DNA from: a virus
Length of the DNA stretch: 64,000 nt
Virus record (IMG/VR): IMGVR_UViG_3300047160_009070
Coordinates: 1 to 64,000 of that record
Direction: 5' to 3' (one strand)
Shown here: positions 47,363 to 57,777 of the stretch, piece by piece
Numbering within the stretch: position 1 is the stretch's first letter
Layout of the letters: every line of letters begins with the position of its first letter
Program-made: the position numbers and the translations under genes
The notes under the pieces: generated by a model
What the model was told of the DNA's origin: nothing
Databases searched by the model: none
Seen by the model: only the letters and a program-made list of their open reading frames with translations

Positions 47363-50300
47363 ATGCCGATCGCCCATCCGATAGTCGCCGGCGGCACCCG
47401 CGGCTACCGGCTCCGCCATGTGGGACCGAAGCTGCAGGTATGGCCGGCGCCCGCCGCCGCGGTTCCGACGTACGCGGTGCTGAACCAGCCGGACATGATC
47501 TCGCGCCCGCTGCCGTCGGCGCTCGCCCCCGGCGCCCCCGACTACCAGCAGGGACAGTGGTCAGGGCGCCTGCAGGACTCGGGCGACGGCCAGGTGACGT
47601 TCCCGAACTCGGTGTCGTCGGACGGCGTTCCGTGGCGCGACCGGTTCGACACGTTCGGGCACAACCAGTGGTTCGAGATCTACAACGACGCCGAGTTGGA
47701 GCAGGTGTTCTGCCTGATCAACCCGACGAAGTCCCAGAGCCAGATCATGATCTCGGGGGGCGACGGGTTCCTGCTGCTGAAGAAGGCGTTCGAACGGGAT
47801 CTTGTGGTGGTGCAGGCACCCAGGGACGTGATCGAGCGCGCCACACAGGTGTGGCAGACGCTGATCTCCGACAACTTCATTCCCGGCCTGCCTATCTCGA
47901 CAGGGTTGTGGTCGGTCAGCGCCACCGGGGCGGGGAGCGTGGACCAGAACGGTCCGCTGACGCTCCACAACGGCCTGTCCGTCGGTTCGGCGACCGTCCA
48001 GTCGAAGGTGCTTTACCCAACGCCGACGTCCGCCTGGCGCGCGGTCGCGAACGCGTCCACGATCGACATGGCGCCGACGACCGGCAGCCCCGGCACTTCT
48101 GTCGTGTCGGGAGCTGCGAGCACCGGTGTCGACAACCCGACGTACGGCACCGACCCGTGGACGAACCCGGGGGGCATCACCGGCGGATCGCCTGCCACTT
48201 GGAATTCAGCGAGCAGCGGCGACACCAGCCACTATCTGGCGTGCAGCAACTTCCACTTCGCTCTGCCGACCGGGTCGACCGTCGTCGGGATCGTCGCCTC
48301 GTTCCGGCGTGACGGCCAGACCGTCCGTGGGTTCGGGGTGCAGGACTCGTCGATCAAGCTGATCGTCGGCGGGTTCATCGTCGGCATCGACCATGCCCAG
48401 ACCTCCGTCACATGGGACCCTCTCGGGTTTCCGACGTTCGCGACCTACGGCTCCCCGACCGACACTTGGGGGCAGTCGCTCACCGAAACGGACGTGAACG
48501 CCTCGAACTTCGGGCTGGCGATCGCCGCGTTCGACAACGGCGGCGATTTTGCCGAGGTGTACGGCCCGGTGGAGATCACCCTCTACTACACCACCGCGTC
48601 GACGGTCAGCACCGTGTTCACGCTCAGCCAGACGGAAAGCACCGGCGACGCCTATTCGGTTGCGGTCCAACAGTTCGCGACCTCGGCGGTCGCGGTGTTC
48701 AACGCCGGTAGCAACGTGTCGCTTAAGAAACCGATCCCGACCGCCGCCGCCTATGCGCTGCTGCTCGAGTCCGACGGCGAATGGGTCAGCGCCTACGTCA
48801 ACGGGCAGTTCATCGACGGGTGCCGCCGGATCAACCCGTACACCACAGCCCTGCTGATGGCCGTGTCGCTGAACTCGGCTGCCGTCAGCGTCGTCAGCGA
48901 CATCGTGATCACCGGCATGTTCTGCGACGCGCTGCAGCCGTTCCTGATGCGCGGCGCCGACAAAGGCGACTTTGTGCTGCCGGGCTCGGCGTTGACATAC
49001 CCGACCGGCGGTCTGCACGCCCGCTACTTCCGCAACGCCGACCTGTCGAACTATTCGGGCAACCCAGCTTTGGGGCTGCTGCTGAACCATCCGTCCAGGA
49101 CACAGGCGCTCGGGGCGTCCGGGCTCGGCGAATACCAGAACCAGCAGGACGCGAACATCGATCACGCGAACACGTCGATGGTGAACTGGGCCCCCGCCGG
49201 CGCCCCTGTCGACTCGAGCGGCTACCAGGTGTGGTTCTCGGTGGTGTGGTTCGGGGCGATCTGGCTGCCGCTGGCGTCACAGTCCGGGACGTTCACGTTC
49301 ACGTTCACAGCCGACGACGGCGTTCGTGTGTGGATCGGAGCGACCCGGTTCGGCGATCAGATCATCGACTCGTGGGTGGAGCAGGCCGTGACCCCCTACA
49401 CCGCGTCGATCGACTGCGGCACCGGGAACATCACCCGAGGGTTCACGCCTCCTGCTGGTGCAGCAACGTCGCTGGCAGGCGGCGACGGGGCAGCCCGCGA
49501 CGGTTGGTATCCGATCAAGATCGAGTACTTCCAGGGCGCTAGCTCTGCGGCGGCTCAGTTCCATTTCACGCCGCCGACCGCATACAAAGACCCGGGCGGC
49601 ACCAACTTCACCGCAGGCGCCGACACCGCCGTCCCGAAGACGTCGCTGTCGCCGCTCGGTTGTGTGGACCAGCGCTACCAGGGACAGTCGCACTACGACC
49701 TCGCGAAGAACACCGCCGACCAGTTCGGCTACCAGATCGCGCTGGAACCCAAACGCCTCGAGTCCGGCCTGTTCCCGGGTGTGCTCGCACCCCGCATCCA
49801 TGTGGGGCACGACACCGACATCATCCTCGTGCCGGACGACGCGTGGCGCAACGACCCGATGCTGAACTACTCGAGCCAGGAGGACGCGTCTGATCTCGCA
49901 GCGAGCCTGTTCGGGAACGGCGCGAGCTTTCAGAACACCGCGTCAGGCCAGCTGCAGGCTTTGGTGTTCGACCCGCCCACCCAGATGACATCCCTGTTCG
50001 ACGTGCAGGGCTGGCAGGACGCATCTGATGTGAGCTTCGCGTCGCTGCTGAACGCTCTGCTGAACAGCATGCTCGGTCTGCGGATCACTCCGTGGCAGGT
50101 GGTGTCCGCCGACCCGGTAGGGCGTCCCAGAGAGTCGTTCACATGGCCGTTGCCGAGCCTGCTGTCGGCGATGCGCTGGCGCCCTGGTGACGGGGTGCGT
50201 CTGCGAGCTCGCGACATCAGTGTGTGGGACACCAGCCCACGCCAGGCGCTGGTGGTGCAGCGCAACTTCACTCCGCAGGGAGTGACCGGCACCACCGTCG

Positions 50301-50728
50301 GCTGGGCGAACCGCCCGCGAGGCCATCTCCACGCGCAGCGCCAGATGTTCTACAGCCTCAGCCGGCTGGGACGCGCCTACCAGCGCCAGCGCGTGTCGCT
50401 GTCCGGCACCCACGTCACCGTCGCCGGCCTCTCCGGCCCCGACATCCTGAACCGCTCGGCGTTGGCGCTGCTGCCCGGCGACCAGATCATCGGTGTATGG
50501 CTGCGGGTGACCGACAACAGCGCGTTCAGCTTGTTCCATGTGTATGTGAACGGGAGCGACAGGACAACCCAGCTGGGAGGCCCGTGGACCAGCGTTCCGC
50601 TGGTGCTCGATCTCACCGGCATCGCGGCGCTCGAGATCGGCGGTGCGAACACGATGTACGTTCAACTCAACAACACCGGCAGCGCCAGCGACTTCAAGTA
50701 CCAGCTGATCGCCGACGTGCAGAGGTAG
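47363..50728 (+). CDS. Minor tail/baseplate hub protein with PA14 domain
   Basis: GLHARYF, FSVVWFG, TFTADDGVRVWIG, GWYPIKIEYFQG. Confidence 0.75.
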   Translation: MPIAHPIVAGGTRGYRLRHVGPKLQVWPAPAAAVPTYAVLNQPDMISRPLPSALAPGAPDYQQGQWSGRLQDSGDGQVTFPNSVSSDGVPWRDRFDTFGHNQWFEIYNDAELEQVFCLINPTKSQSQIMISGGDGFLLLKKAFERDLVVVQAPRDVIERATQVWQTLISDNFIPGLPISTGLWSVSATGAGSVDQNGPLTLHNGLSVGSATVQSKVLYPTPTSAWRAVANASTIDMAPTTGSPGTSVVSGAASTGVDNPTYGTDPWTNPGGITGGSPATWNSASSGDTSHYLACSNFHFALPTGSTVVGIVASFRRDGQTVRGFGVQDSSIKLIVGGFIVGIDHAQTSVTWDPLGFPTFATYGSPTDTWGQSLTETDVNASNFGLAIAAFDNGGDFAEVYGPVEITLYYTTASTVSTVFTLSQTESTGDAYSVAVQQFATSAVAVFNAGSNVSLKKPIPTAAAYALLLESDGEWVSAYVNGQFIDGCRRINPYTTALLMAVSLNSAAVSVVSDIVITGMFCDALQPFLMRGADKGDFVLPGSALTYPTGGLHARYFRNADLSNYSGNPALGLLLNHPSRTQALGASGLGEYQNQQDANIDHANTSMVNWAPAGAPVDSSGYQVWFSVVWFGAIWLPLASQSGTFTFTFTADDGVRVWIGATRFGDQIIDSWVEQAVTPYTASIDCGTGNITRGFTPPAGAATSLAGGDGAARDGWYPIKIEYFQGASSAAAQFHFTPPTAYKDPGGTNFTAGADTAVPKTSLSPLGCVDQRYQGQSHYDLAKNTADQFGYQIALEPKRLESGLFPGVLAPRIHVGHDTDIILVPDDAWRNDPMLNYSSQEDASDLAASLFGNGASFQNTASGQLQALVFDPPTQMTSLFDVQGWQDASDVSFASLLNALLNSMLGLRITPWQVVSADPVGRPRESFTWPLPSLLSAMRWRPGDGVRLRARDISVWDTSPRQALVVQRNFTPQGVTGTTVGWANRPRGHLHAQRQMFYSLSRLGRAYQRQRVSLSGTHVTVAGLSGPDILNRSALALLPGDQIIGVWLRVTDNSAFSLFHVYVNGSDRTTQLGGPWTSVPLVLDLTGIAALEIGGANTMYVQLNNTGSASDFKYQLIADVQR

Positions 50729-50731
50729 CCG

Positions 50732-51958
50732 ATGTCGTGGACATGCCAATGGTTGACGTGCCCCCGCTACGAGATCGCGCAGGCGATCGCCAATAACCAG
50801 CCGCTGGCGCCGCTGATCGTGATGCGCCACGGCACTGCCTACTGCAGCGAGTGCGGGGCGGTCGTCACGATCCCGCACTCCAGCGCACAGTCCGTCACGC
50901 CGGTCCGGAACACCACGATCACCAACGACGGGCGCTGGAACGCGTACGGGGGGATCTGTGTGGGCACCGGCGGCAAGCTGATCGCGGTGTGCCGCGACGG
51001 GTTCGACTATGCCTCCAACGACGGGCACATCGCGGTGATGACCTCGGCCGACGGGGGTGTCACATGGAGCGGCAAGACGTTGCTCGCGCCTCCCGGCGGC
51101 GGAGCTCAGGGCTGGTATCACTACTGCTCGGTGATGCAAACCCGGACCGGGCGGCTGGTGATCACCTGCTCACCCCGGTTCTCCGGCGGCGCGATCAACG
51201 GGATCAACGTCATCACGTCCGACGACAACGGCGTCACTTGGTCGGGGCCGAACCTGATCTTCCCGTTCGGCGGCTCGCCGCCGGGGTCCGGGACCGTCAG
51301 CATCAACAACAGCGCCTGTGTGCAGCGCGACAACGGCGACCTGCTGATGCCGATCTACGGTCTCGGCGGCAGCGATGTGAGCCAGCGTCCGGGGGTGATC
51401 ATCTCCCCCGACGACGGCAACAGCTGGAGCACCCCCTCCTACATGGGTGCCGCGAACAGCGGCTACGCCTGCTACTCGATCGTGGAGACAGCCAGCGGGG
51501 GTCTGCTGGCGTTCATCGACGACGGCGCCGGCCACATCCGGATGTCCACCTCCGACGACGGTCTCACTTGGACCAACCCGGGCAGCGCGATCCCGTCCGG
51601 CGCCCCGATCTCGATCGACTCGACGTACCGGTTCAACGTCGGCTACGTCGAGGACCTCGACGGTCTGGTGCTGGTGTACAGCAACGCGTCGGCGCTCACC
51701 AGCTACCGGCTCTCCGCCGACGACGGCGCCACATGGTCAAACGAGGTGGTGCTCGCGACCGGCTACATCGCCAACCAGTTCTCGGCCGCCTGCCAGTACG
51801 GGGTGAGCCAAGTGCTCGTCGCCGACTCCCGCCAGTCAGGCAGCCAGCCGGTCGACTTCCACTTCACGCTGATGCAGGTCGTCGGGTCGCCGGGTGTCGC
51901 CGCCGATCTGCTGCCCCTCGCAACGCTCGACAACCGGCCTACCCCAGGCCCACCATAA
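50732..51958 (+). CDS. Asp-box (BNR) beta-propeller, sialidase-like
   Basis: Five Asp boxes: SADGGVTW, SDDNGVTW, SPDDGNSW, SDDGLTW, SADDGATW. Confidence 0.8.
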   Translation: MSWTCQWLTCPRYEIAQAIANNQPLAPLIVMRHGTAYCSECGAVVTIPHSSAQSVTPVRNTTITNDGRWNAYGGICVGTGGKLIAVCRDGFDYASNDGHIAVMTSADGGVTWSGKTLLAPPGGGAQGWYHYCSVMQTRTGRLVITCSPRFSGGAINGINVITSDDNGVTWSGPNLIFPFGGSPPGSGTVSINNSACVQRDNGDLLMPIYGLGGSDVSQRPGVIISPDDGNSWSTPSYMGAANSGYACYSIVETASGGLLAFIDDGAGHIRMSTSDDGLTWTNPGSAIPSGAPISIDSTYRFNVGYVEDLDGLVLVYSNASALTSYRLSADDGATWSNEVVLATGYIANQFSAACQYGVSQVLVADSRQSGSQPVDFHFTLMQVVGSPGVAADLLPLATLDNRPTPGPP

Positions 51959-51966
51959 GGAGAACG

Positions 51967-52893
51967 ATGGCACTCAAGCACGGCAAGAAACCGGCGACAT
52001 ACGACCGGCGTGACATCCAGTACAGCGATGCTCGCCCCGACAGCTTGACGATCACCGTCCCACCGAGCTTCGGCCGCGGCCGGGACTTCGCCGACGGTCC
52101 CGCGCCCGCCGGCTGGGGAATGAACGGCAACGGCCCGACCGACGACAACTCGATGCCGGCCGAGTGGACGGCGGCGTTGCAGGGCGCCGGGTGCTGCACG
52201 ATCGCCGACCCGTCGCATGTGGAGCGGATGAACGCCAAGGACTCGGGGCGTCCTGCCGTGTCGGTGTCCGGCAAGACGACGATAGACCAGTACATAGCGC
52301 TGAGCGCTCAGGACGGCGCGGCCTATGACCCGGTGTCAGGCAACAACGACAACGGGCTCGAGATCCGCCATGTCCTGAACTACCGCCAGAACCCGGGGTT
52401 CGCGGACGACGCCGGCAACCTCTACAAGATCGGCACCTACATGGGGATCGAGATCGCCAACTCGCAGCATCTCCGCGAGGCGGTGTGGCTGTTCCCGGGC
52501 GTGTCGATAGGGATCACCGTCACCCAGTCGATGATGGACCAGATCGACTCCGGCAAGATGTGGTCGGTCGTCCCGGGGATGATGGACAGCCAGCTCGGCG
52601 GCCATGACGTGCCGCTGGTCGGGCATCCGTGGGGCGGTCTGTGGACGGTGATCACCTGGGGGCAGCGCCAGGTGATGAGCTACAACCTGCTGTCGAAGGT
52701 GTGCGACGAGGCGTGGGCGTACATCGACCCGGAGCGCTACAGCACCGTGACCGGCGAGACATACAACGGCTGGAGGGACGCGGACCTCGAGAAGTTCATT
52801 GTGATGGCCGCCCAGCAGAAAGCCGCAGCGCCAGCCGGAGGCGGCGGCAAGATCACGGGGGCGCGCAAGCGCGTGACGCAAGTTGGGTACTAG
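51967..52893 (+). CDS. Papain-fold cysteine peptidase-like protein (candidate second lysin)
   Basis: GCCTIA (Cys), GGHDVPLVG (His), ITWG; followed by a holin-like gene. Confidence 0.7.
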   Translation: MALKHGKKPATYDRRDIQYSDARPDSLTITVPPSFGRGRDFADGPAPAGWGMNGNGPTDDNSMPAEWTAALQGAGCCTIADPSHVERMNAKDSGRPAVSVSGKTTIDQYIALSAQDGAAYDPVSGNNDNGLEIRHVLNYRQNPGFADDAGNLYKIGTYMGIEIANSQHLREAVWLFPGVSIGITVTQSMMDQIDSGKMWSVVPGMMDSQLGGHDVPLVGHPWGGLWTVITWGQRQVMSYNLLSKVCDEAWAYIDPERYSTVTGETYNGWRDADLEKFIVMAAQQKAAAPAGGGGKITGARKRVTQVGY

Positions 52894-53263
52894 CATCAGC
52901 ATCCCGGCGCCGGCGGTCGTGGTACTCGGGGTCCTCGCCGGCGCGCTGCAGTACCTGAACCAGGCGACGTTCACGTTCGGCCCGCCGTGGAGGGACGTGA
53001 TCACGTTCGGCCTGTACGTGGTCGCGATCATCGGTGTGTCGCCGCTGTCGCACCAAACGTTCCGCAACGCGCTGCATCTCCCGCCGGGCCTCGCGACGCT
53101 GGTGACGGTGATCGCGACGGTGCTGGCCGCAGCGATCCTCACGTTCCACGGCCTGTCGCCGCAGGCGAAGGGTGGCCTCGAGGGGGTGCTCGCGTTCCTG
53201 GCGTTCATCGGCTTCGGTGCCGCCCCCGTCCCAGCGCCCGCCGCGGCCGTGCTGACCAAGTAA
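52883..53263 (+). CDS. Holin-like multi-TM protein
   Basis: Four hydrophobic segments; last gene of the late operon. Confidence 0.65.
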   Translation: MGTSISIPAPAVVVLGVLAGALQYLNQATFTFGPPWRDVITFGLYVVAIIGVSPLSHQTFRNALHLPPGLATLVTVIATVLAAAILTFHGLSPQAKGGLEGVLAFLAFIGFGAAPVPAPAAAVLTK

Positions 53264-53384
53264 AACTGCATATCCGAGTATTGGGGTAGCCTTTAGGGCG
53301 AATCCGTCAGATTCGCCACCAGCGGAAGCTCGCCATCGTCTCTCACCCGGACCGGCGAGCTTCCGTCTTTCCGGGGTGCCACAG

Positions 53385-53413
53385 TTGCAACCCGACCGGC
53401 TTTCTGTCATACT
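53385..53413 (+). promoter_or_regulatory. Sigma70-type promoter with extended -10
   Basis: TTGCAA-N17-CATACT with TG at 53405-53406; ATG at 53420. Confidence 0.65.
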
Positions 53414-53461
53414 CCCGGTATGGACTTAGGAGTCAGCTAGCTCTCGAAAGGAGGGTGATCT

Positions 53462-54682
53462 ATGGCAGGATTGGACGAGCCTGTCAGAGCTTCGAGCGTC
53501 GAGATCAAACCGGTCATCTGGCTGTGGCGCGAAAGGGTGCCGCGCAAGATGATCACGATCTTCGGCGGACGGCGCGACCAAGGGAAGGGTTTGGGTTGCG
53601 TCCACATCGCCGCCGAGGTGTCGAACAGCACCTATGTCGGCAAGGACGGCAAGGAACGCCCCGGCTATGTGATCTACTCGGCTGCCGAGGACGCGCACGA
53701 GGAGATGACCGCGCCGCGCCTGAAAGCGGCGGGGGCGAACCTGGACAACATCGACCTGTGGCGCTTCCGGCTCCCGAAGGACCATGAGAAGCTCGCGAAG
53801 CTGCTGCTGCAGATCGACCAGCCGCGAGAGGTAGACCTGGTGGTCATGGACCCGATCGCCAGCCACCTGTCCGGCAACATTTCGCGTCATTCCGACAACA
53901 TCCGGACGGTGACGGAACCGTTGACGCGGCTGCTGGAAGCGACCGGGACGGCGTGCATCGTCGTCGAGCATGTGCTGAAGAAGGTGCCTTCGTCCGGCCA
54001 CCCGATCGACGCGATCGGCGGGGGAAGCTCCGGTCTGATCGCCGCCGCGAGGATGGCGTTCCTGCTCGGCATCGACCCGAAGGACGACGAGCGCAGGTTT
54101 TTGTGCTGCGTGAAGCACAACGTCCGCGACAAGCCGATGGAGATCGCGTTCGAGATGGACCTGGTTGACGTTCCCCCGGCGGGCGACATGCCCGCGTTGA
54201 TGTTCGACGAGGAGTGCACGTTCAACCCGATGAAGTTCCTTGTGATCACGCACGGCAACCGTGTCGGGCGTCCCCCGGACAAGCGCGCAGCCGCCTGCGA
54301 GTGGCTGGCGAACTATCTGTGGGAGGCGTACTACAAGGGTCTGCCCGCGCTCGCGAACGAACCGGCGATCCCGCCCGGTCCGGTGCTCGCCGCACGCGCG
54401 TACGAGGACGGCAAGCAACTCCAGATCTCCACCAAGACGCTGAAGCGCGCGTCGCAGGACATGGAGATCGTGAAGGACCCGCCGACCGGCGCGGGAACGA
54501 AGTGGTCGCTGCCGGACGAACTGAAGCAGCTGCTGGACGAGGCGAACGGAATCGTGAAGGGCGAGCCGATCTCGGAGCAGAACGCTCCGGGTGACGCGAC
54601 CAAGAGCCTCGAGGACGAGTTGGCGGCGATGATCGACGAGAAGAAGAAAGCGAAGAAGAAAGGCAAGAGCGATGGATCTTGA
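53462..54682 (+). CDS. AAA_25/RepA-like RecA-family helicase
   Basis: IWLWRERVP..ITIFGGRRDQGKG, YSAAED, PRLKAAGANLD, LVVMDP, VEHVLK, GSSGLIAAAR, KHN. Confidence 0.85.
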   Translation: MAGLDEPVRASSVEIKPVIWLWRERVPRKMITIFGGRRDQGKGLGCVHIAAEVSNSTYVGKDGKERPGYVIYSAAEDAHEEMTAPRLKAAGANLDNIDLWRFRLPKDHEKLAKLLLQIDQPREVDLVVMDPIASHLSGNISRHSDNIRTVTEPLTRLLEATGTACIVVEHVLKKVPSSGHPIDAIGGGSSGLIAAARMAFLLGIDPKDDERRFLCCVKHNVRDKPMEIAFEMDLVDVPPAGDMPALMFDEECTFNPMKFLVITHGNRVGRPPDKRAAACEWLANYLWEAYYKGLPALANEPAIPPGPVLAARAYEDGKQLQISTKTLKRASQDMEIVKDPPTGAGTKWSLPDELKQLLDEANGIVKGEPISEQNAPGDATKSLEDELAAMIDEKKKAKKKGKSDGS

Positions 54683-55274
54683 GAACCTGCCGTTCAAGCC
54701 GATCGCGGCGCCTGACGACACGTTCCGTGTCCCCGACCTCGCCGAGGTGGTGAAGGGCTGGCGGTGCTGGTCGCTGGAGAGCAAGACGCTGCGCTACGGC
54801 CTGAAGCCGAAGCTGTACTCGGTCGCCGGGACATCCGGATATTTCTGGGTCCCCCGGCGCGAGTCGGTCGCCGAATGCAACCGTGTCGACAAGCAGCATC
54901 CGTCGAGCGACGTTCCGCACGACGAGGCCAGCCACCTCTGCGGGTTCTATTCGGCCAAGACGTACAAGCATTTGAAGACAATGCCGTACTGGAAGTACAA
55001 CGAGGAGGTGGACGGCTACTTCAAGATCGTGGGTGTCGTCGCGAACTGGGGCAAGGTGATCGAATGCAGCCTCGGATGGCGCGCCCAGAAGGCGTACCCG
55101 AACACGCTGTTCATCCCGTACGAAGCGTGGCGGCTCGCAAGACCGCTCGCGGAGACGTACGGGGTGCCGGTGTATCTGAAGAACTTCCTGCAGGCGTACG
55201 GAAAGGAACGCCTGGGGGAGACGGACGACGACGTCGCCGTGGTGGCGGCGGGCAACACGAAAGGAGCCTCATGA
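54672..55274 (+). CDS. Conserved hypothetical phage protein
   Basis: GWRCW, HLCGFYS, WGKVIE..GWRAQKAYP. Confidence 0.7.
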   Translation: MDLENLPFKPIAAPDDTFRVPDLAEVVKGWRCWSLESKTLRYGLKPKLYSVAGTSGYFWVPRRESVAECNRVDKQHPSSDVPHDEASHLCGFYSAKTYKHLKTMPYWKYNEEVDGYFKIVGVVANWGKVIECSLGWRAQKAYPNTLFIPYEAWRLARPLAETYGVPVYLKNFLQAYGKERLGETDDDVAVVAAGNTKGAS

Positions 55275-55780
55275 CGGACCAAGAAGTGAAGAAGGTGCTT
55301 GCGAACATGCTGATCAACTTCAAGGCGATCGGCTGGACGCAGGGAACGTTCCAGAACAGCGACGGCGAGGTGTGCCTCGTCGAGAGCTTCAACACCACAC
55401 AGCGGAACGCCGGCGTTGACGCACGCGGATTCGCGGGTGAGGGCGCGATGCAGATCGCGAACGTGCTCGGGTTTCCGTCGCCGTCGGCGGCAGCGGCGTG
55501 GAACGACACGCCGGGCCGGACCGAGGACGAGATCAAGGACCTTATCCGCGCCGCGATCCGCGGGGAGATCACTCCCGTCGAGCCCGCCGACGATGTTGAC
55601 GTCTATGACGGCGAGCCGTACGACATGGAGATCGGCAAGAAGCAGCGGACGATCATCGTCGAGCCGACCACGATCCCGGTGCCGCAGCCTGAGCGTGCAC
55701 CCGCACCCGCCCGCGAGCCGGTCAGACGCCGGGAGCAGGCACCGGAGCGCGAGCCGGAGAGGGTGCCGGAGCACGCATGA
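55271..55780 (+). CDS. DUF6197-like protein with Pro/Glu-rich tail
   Basis: GWTQG, GEVCLV, AAWNDTPGRTEDEI; SD AAGGAG. Confidence 0.7.
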   Translation: MTDQEVKKVLANMLINFKAIGWTQGTFQNSDGEVCLVESFNTTQRNAGVDARGFAGEGAMQIANVLGFPSPSAAAAWNDTPGRTEDEIKDLIRAAIRGEITPVEPADDVDVYDGEPYDMEIGKKQRTIIVEPTTIPVPQPERAPAPAREPVRRREQAPEREPERVPEHA

Positions 55781-56139
55781 CCGAGGACGTTCTCCAGCAG
55801 GAGCAGCCGGACGACCAGCCCGCCAAGGCGGAGGTCGATGGCTCTATCTGGACTCGTGACAGGGCGGCCGACATTCTTGCTCGGCCGCTCCATCCGAGCA
55901 CGCTCGTAGGGTCTTGGTGCAGTGTCTGGGCGGACGGCCAGATCCTCGAGCTTGGCTTGGTGGTCGGCGAACCCGATCCGGGGCGCCGGTATCTCGTCCA
56001 GTTCTACGACGGCGGCTCGGTTGAGCAGATGACCCCGACCCACCAAGAGCATTTCAGGGTCGACGACATGGACGACTGGCATTTCTACGACACGCAGGAG
56101 GAGATGGTGGCGGCGTGGTTCAAGCACGGGCTGCAGTGA
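55777..56139 (+). CDS. Hypothetical protein
   Basis: ATGA-coupled; YLVQFYD, WHFYDT. Confidence 0.65.
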   Translation: MTEDVLQQEQPDDQPAKAEVDGSIWTRDRAADILARPLHPSTLVGSWCSVWADGQILELGLVVGEPDPGRRYLVQFYDGGSVEQMTPTHQEHFRVDDMDDWHFYDTQEEMVAAWFKHGLQ

Positions 56140-56279
56140 CGCGCAGGCTGCGCGGCATGGTTGAGCGGTTCGCGCTGTGGCTTCTCGAGAACGAGTTGGA
56201 GAACCGTTTCGGTTCGCCGGAGCAGCGCCGCGAGGCGGCCGAGACGTTCGCCAGGGCCTACCCGAACTGGCCGTCATGA
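56136..56279 (+). CDS. Small hypothetical protein (47 aa)
   Basis: GTGA/ATGA coupling on both sides. Confidence 0.5.
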   Translation: MTRRLRGMVERFALWLLENELENRFGSPEQRREAAETFARAYPNWPS

Positions 56280-56497
56280 CGGAACGCACCGGCGTGATCG
56301 TGCATTGCCTGACCCGTGAGGCGTGGATCGCGATCGCGGAGGGGGCGATCGTCAACGATCTGCCGCTCAAGCCGGCGGAGGTGGAGAGAATGAAAGCGGC
56401 GCTGGGAGGGTTGACGGCGGAGGAGCGAGCTCGTCTTGAGGAGGCGAGACGGGAGCGCGCCAAGACGCGCAACGGTAACGGGAGGAGGGCGGCATGA
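56276..56497 (+). CDS. Small hypothetical protein
   Basis: ATG 56276, coupled on both sides. Confidence 0.55.
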   Translation: MTERTGVIVHCLTREAWIAIAEGAIVNDLPLKPAEVERMKAALGGLTAEERARLEEARRERAKTRNGNGRRAA

Positions 56498-57777
56498 GCG
56501 TGACCGGTCTGACGTTGACGCCGAAGGTGAACGAGCTGCTTGCCGGCTTCACGGTGCAGGGGTTCGGGCAGGTGACGGTGCAATGGAAGGAGCAGTCGGA
56601 TCCGTCGCCTTGGGCGAACGTCCCGGTTGTGATGTTGCCCGGTGGCCAAGGCGCGAGGACGTACGCGATCACCGGCCTGAACGGCGGGGTGCCGTACACG
56701 GTGCATGTCGACTCGCCGCCGCACGGCCGCTACTCAAGGACAGCGACCGGCGTCCCGCTCGCCGCACCCCCACCGCCGCCTCCGCCTCCCCCCCCGTCGG
56801 TGTTCACCGTCCCGGCGCAACCGGGTGGTGTCACCCCGGCCGCCGGGCTGAGGGTGGTCTGCGCCGACGCGTTCAACCCCGCCTACCCGCTGTGCCCGCA
56901 GCTGTGGCTCCCGAACCGCGCGCCGTATCTGGGCGCCTACCCGGCGGGCAACGCCAGCGGGTTCAATCTGAACGAGGTGGAGGTGCTGCACCCGTCCAGG
57001 GTTGCGGTCAACCCGGCGGGCGGCGTGGACCTCGAGGCGGTGTACAACTCCGCCGGCTGGAGCTCGCCGCTGTACAACAAGACGGTGAACTGGCAGGCGG
57101 GCTGTCTCGTCACCCGCCCGCGGTCCTACCCGTCCGGGACTTCGCCGGCGTTCTCCGGCGCCCCGCCCGGCTACACCGGGTTCGGGTTCAGGTTCCCGAC
57201 CGGCGCCAGGGACATGCTGGTGCTGCGCCTGGTGTGCACGCTGCCGCCGTACCCCGGCGAGGACTGCGGCTACTGGACGTGGGAGCAGGACACGGTCGGC
57301 GAGTGCGAACAGGACTTCTGCGAGTGGTGGAACCATGGTTCCAACAACGGCCAGGGCGTCAACTGCTGGTTCGGTGACGACAAGGGCGCCAACCGGTTCT
57401 CGAACCCGGACTGCTACCACTACGTCACTGCGACCGGCGGACCGCAGCACGACGCGACCGAGCACGAGTGGACCCATGTATTCGACGGCTCGAGGTGCTG
57501 GTGTTTGCTGGACCAGCAGCCGTTCATGGTCAGCGACTCGTCCGGCACCCAGCACACTACGTCTGTTCCCTACCCGCCGCCGGGACCGAACGGCACCCCC
57601 ACCAGGCTGTGGCAGTCGATCATCCTGTCCCACGCCCTGCGGAACGTCGGCTCGGGTGCGGTGCCCGACCCGGCGAACAGCCCGTCCGTCTGGCACATCA
57701 AGTCGTTCGCCGCGTACGCGACACCGGGTGTGCAGACAGCCGGCGGTGTGGTCGCCCCCGGAACGGCGGTGGTGTGA
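56494..57777 (+). CDS. FN3-like + Pro linker + GH16-like protein
   Basis: YAITGLNGGVPYTV (FN3), poly-Pro, EQDFCE (ExDxxE), HEWT; paralogous to the N-terminus of 43037. Confidence 0.7.
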   Translation: MSVTGLTLTPKVNELLAGFTVQGFGQVTVQWKEQSDPSPWANVPVVMLPGGQGARTYAITGLNGGVPYTVHVDSPPHGRYSRTATGVPLAAPPPPPPPPPPSVFTVPAQPGGVTPAAGLRVVCADAFNPAYPLCPQLWLPNRAPYLGAYPAGNASGFNLNEVEVLHPSRVAVNPAGGVDLEAVYNSAGWSSPLYNKTVNWQAGCLVTRPRSYPSGTSPAFSGAPPGYTGFGFRFPTGARDMLVLRLVCTLPPYPGEDCGYWTWEQDTVGECEQDFCEWWNHGSNNGQGVNCWFGDDKGANRFSNPDCYHYVTATGGPQHDATEHEWTHVFDGSRCWCLLDQQPFMVSDSSGTQHTTSVPYPPPGPNGTPTRLWQSIILSHALRNVGSGAVPDPANSPSVWHIKSFAAYATPGVQTAGGVVAPGTAVV

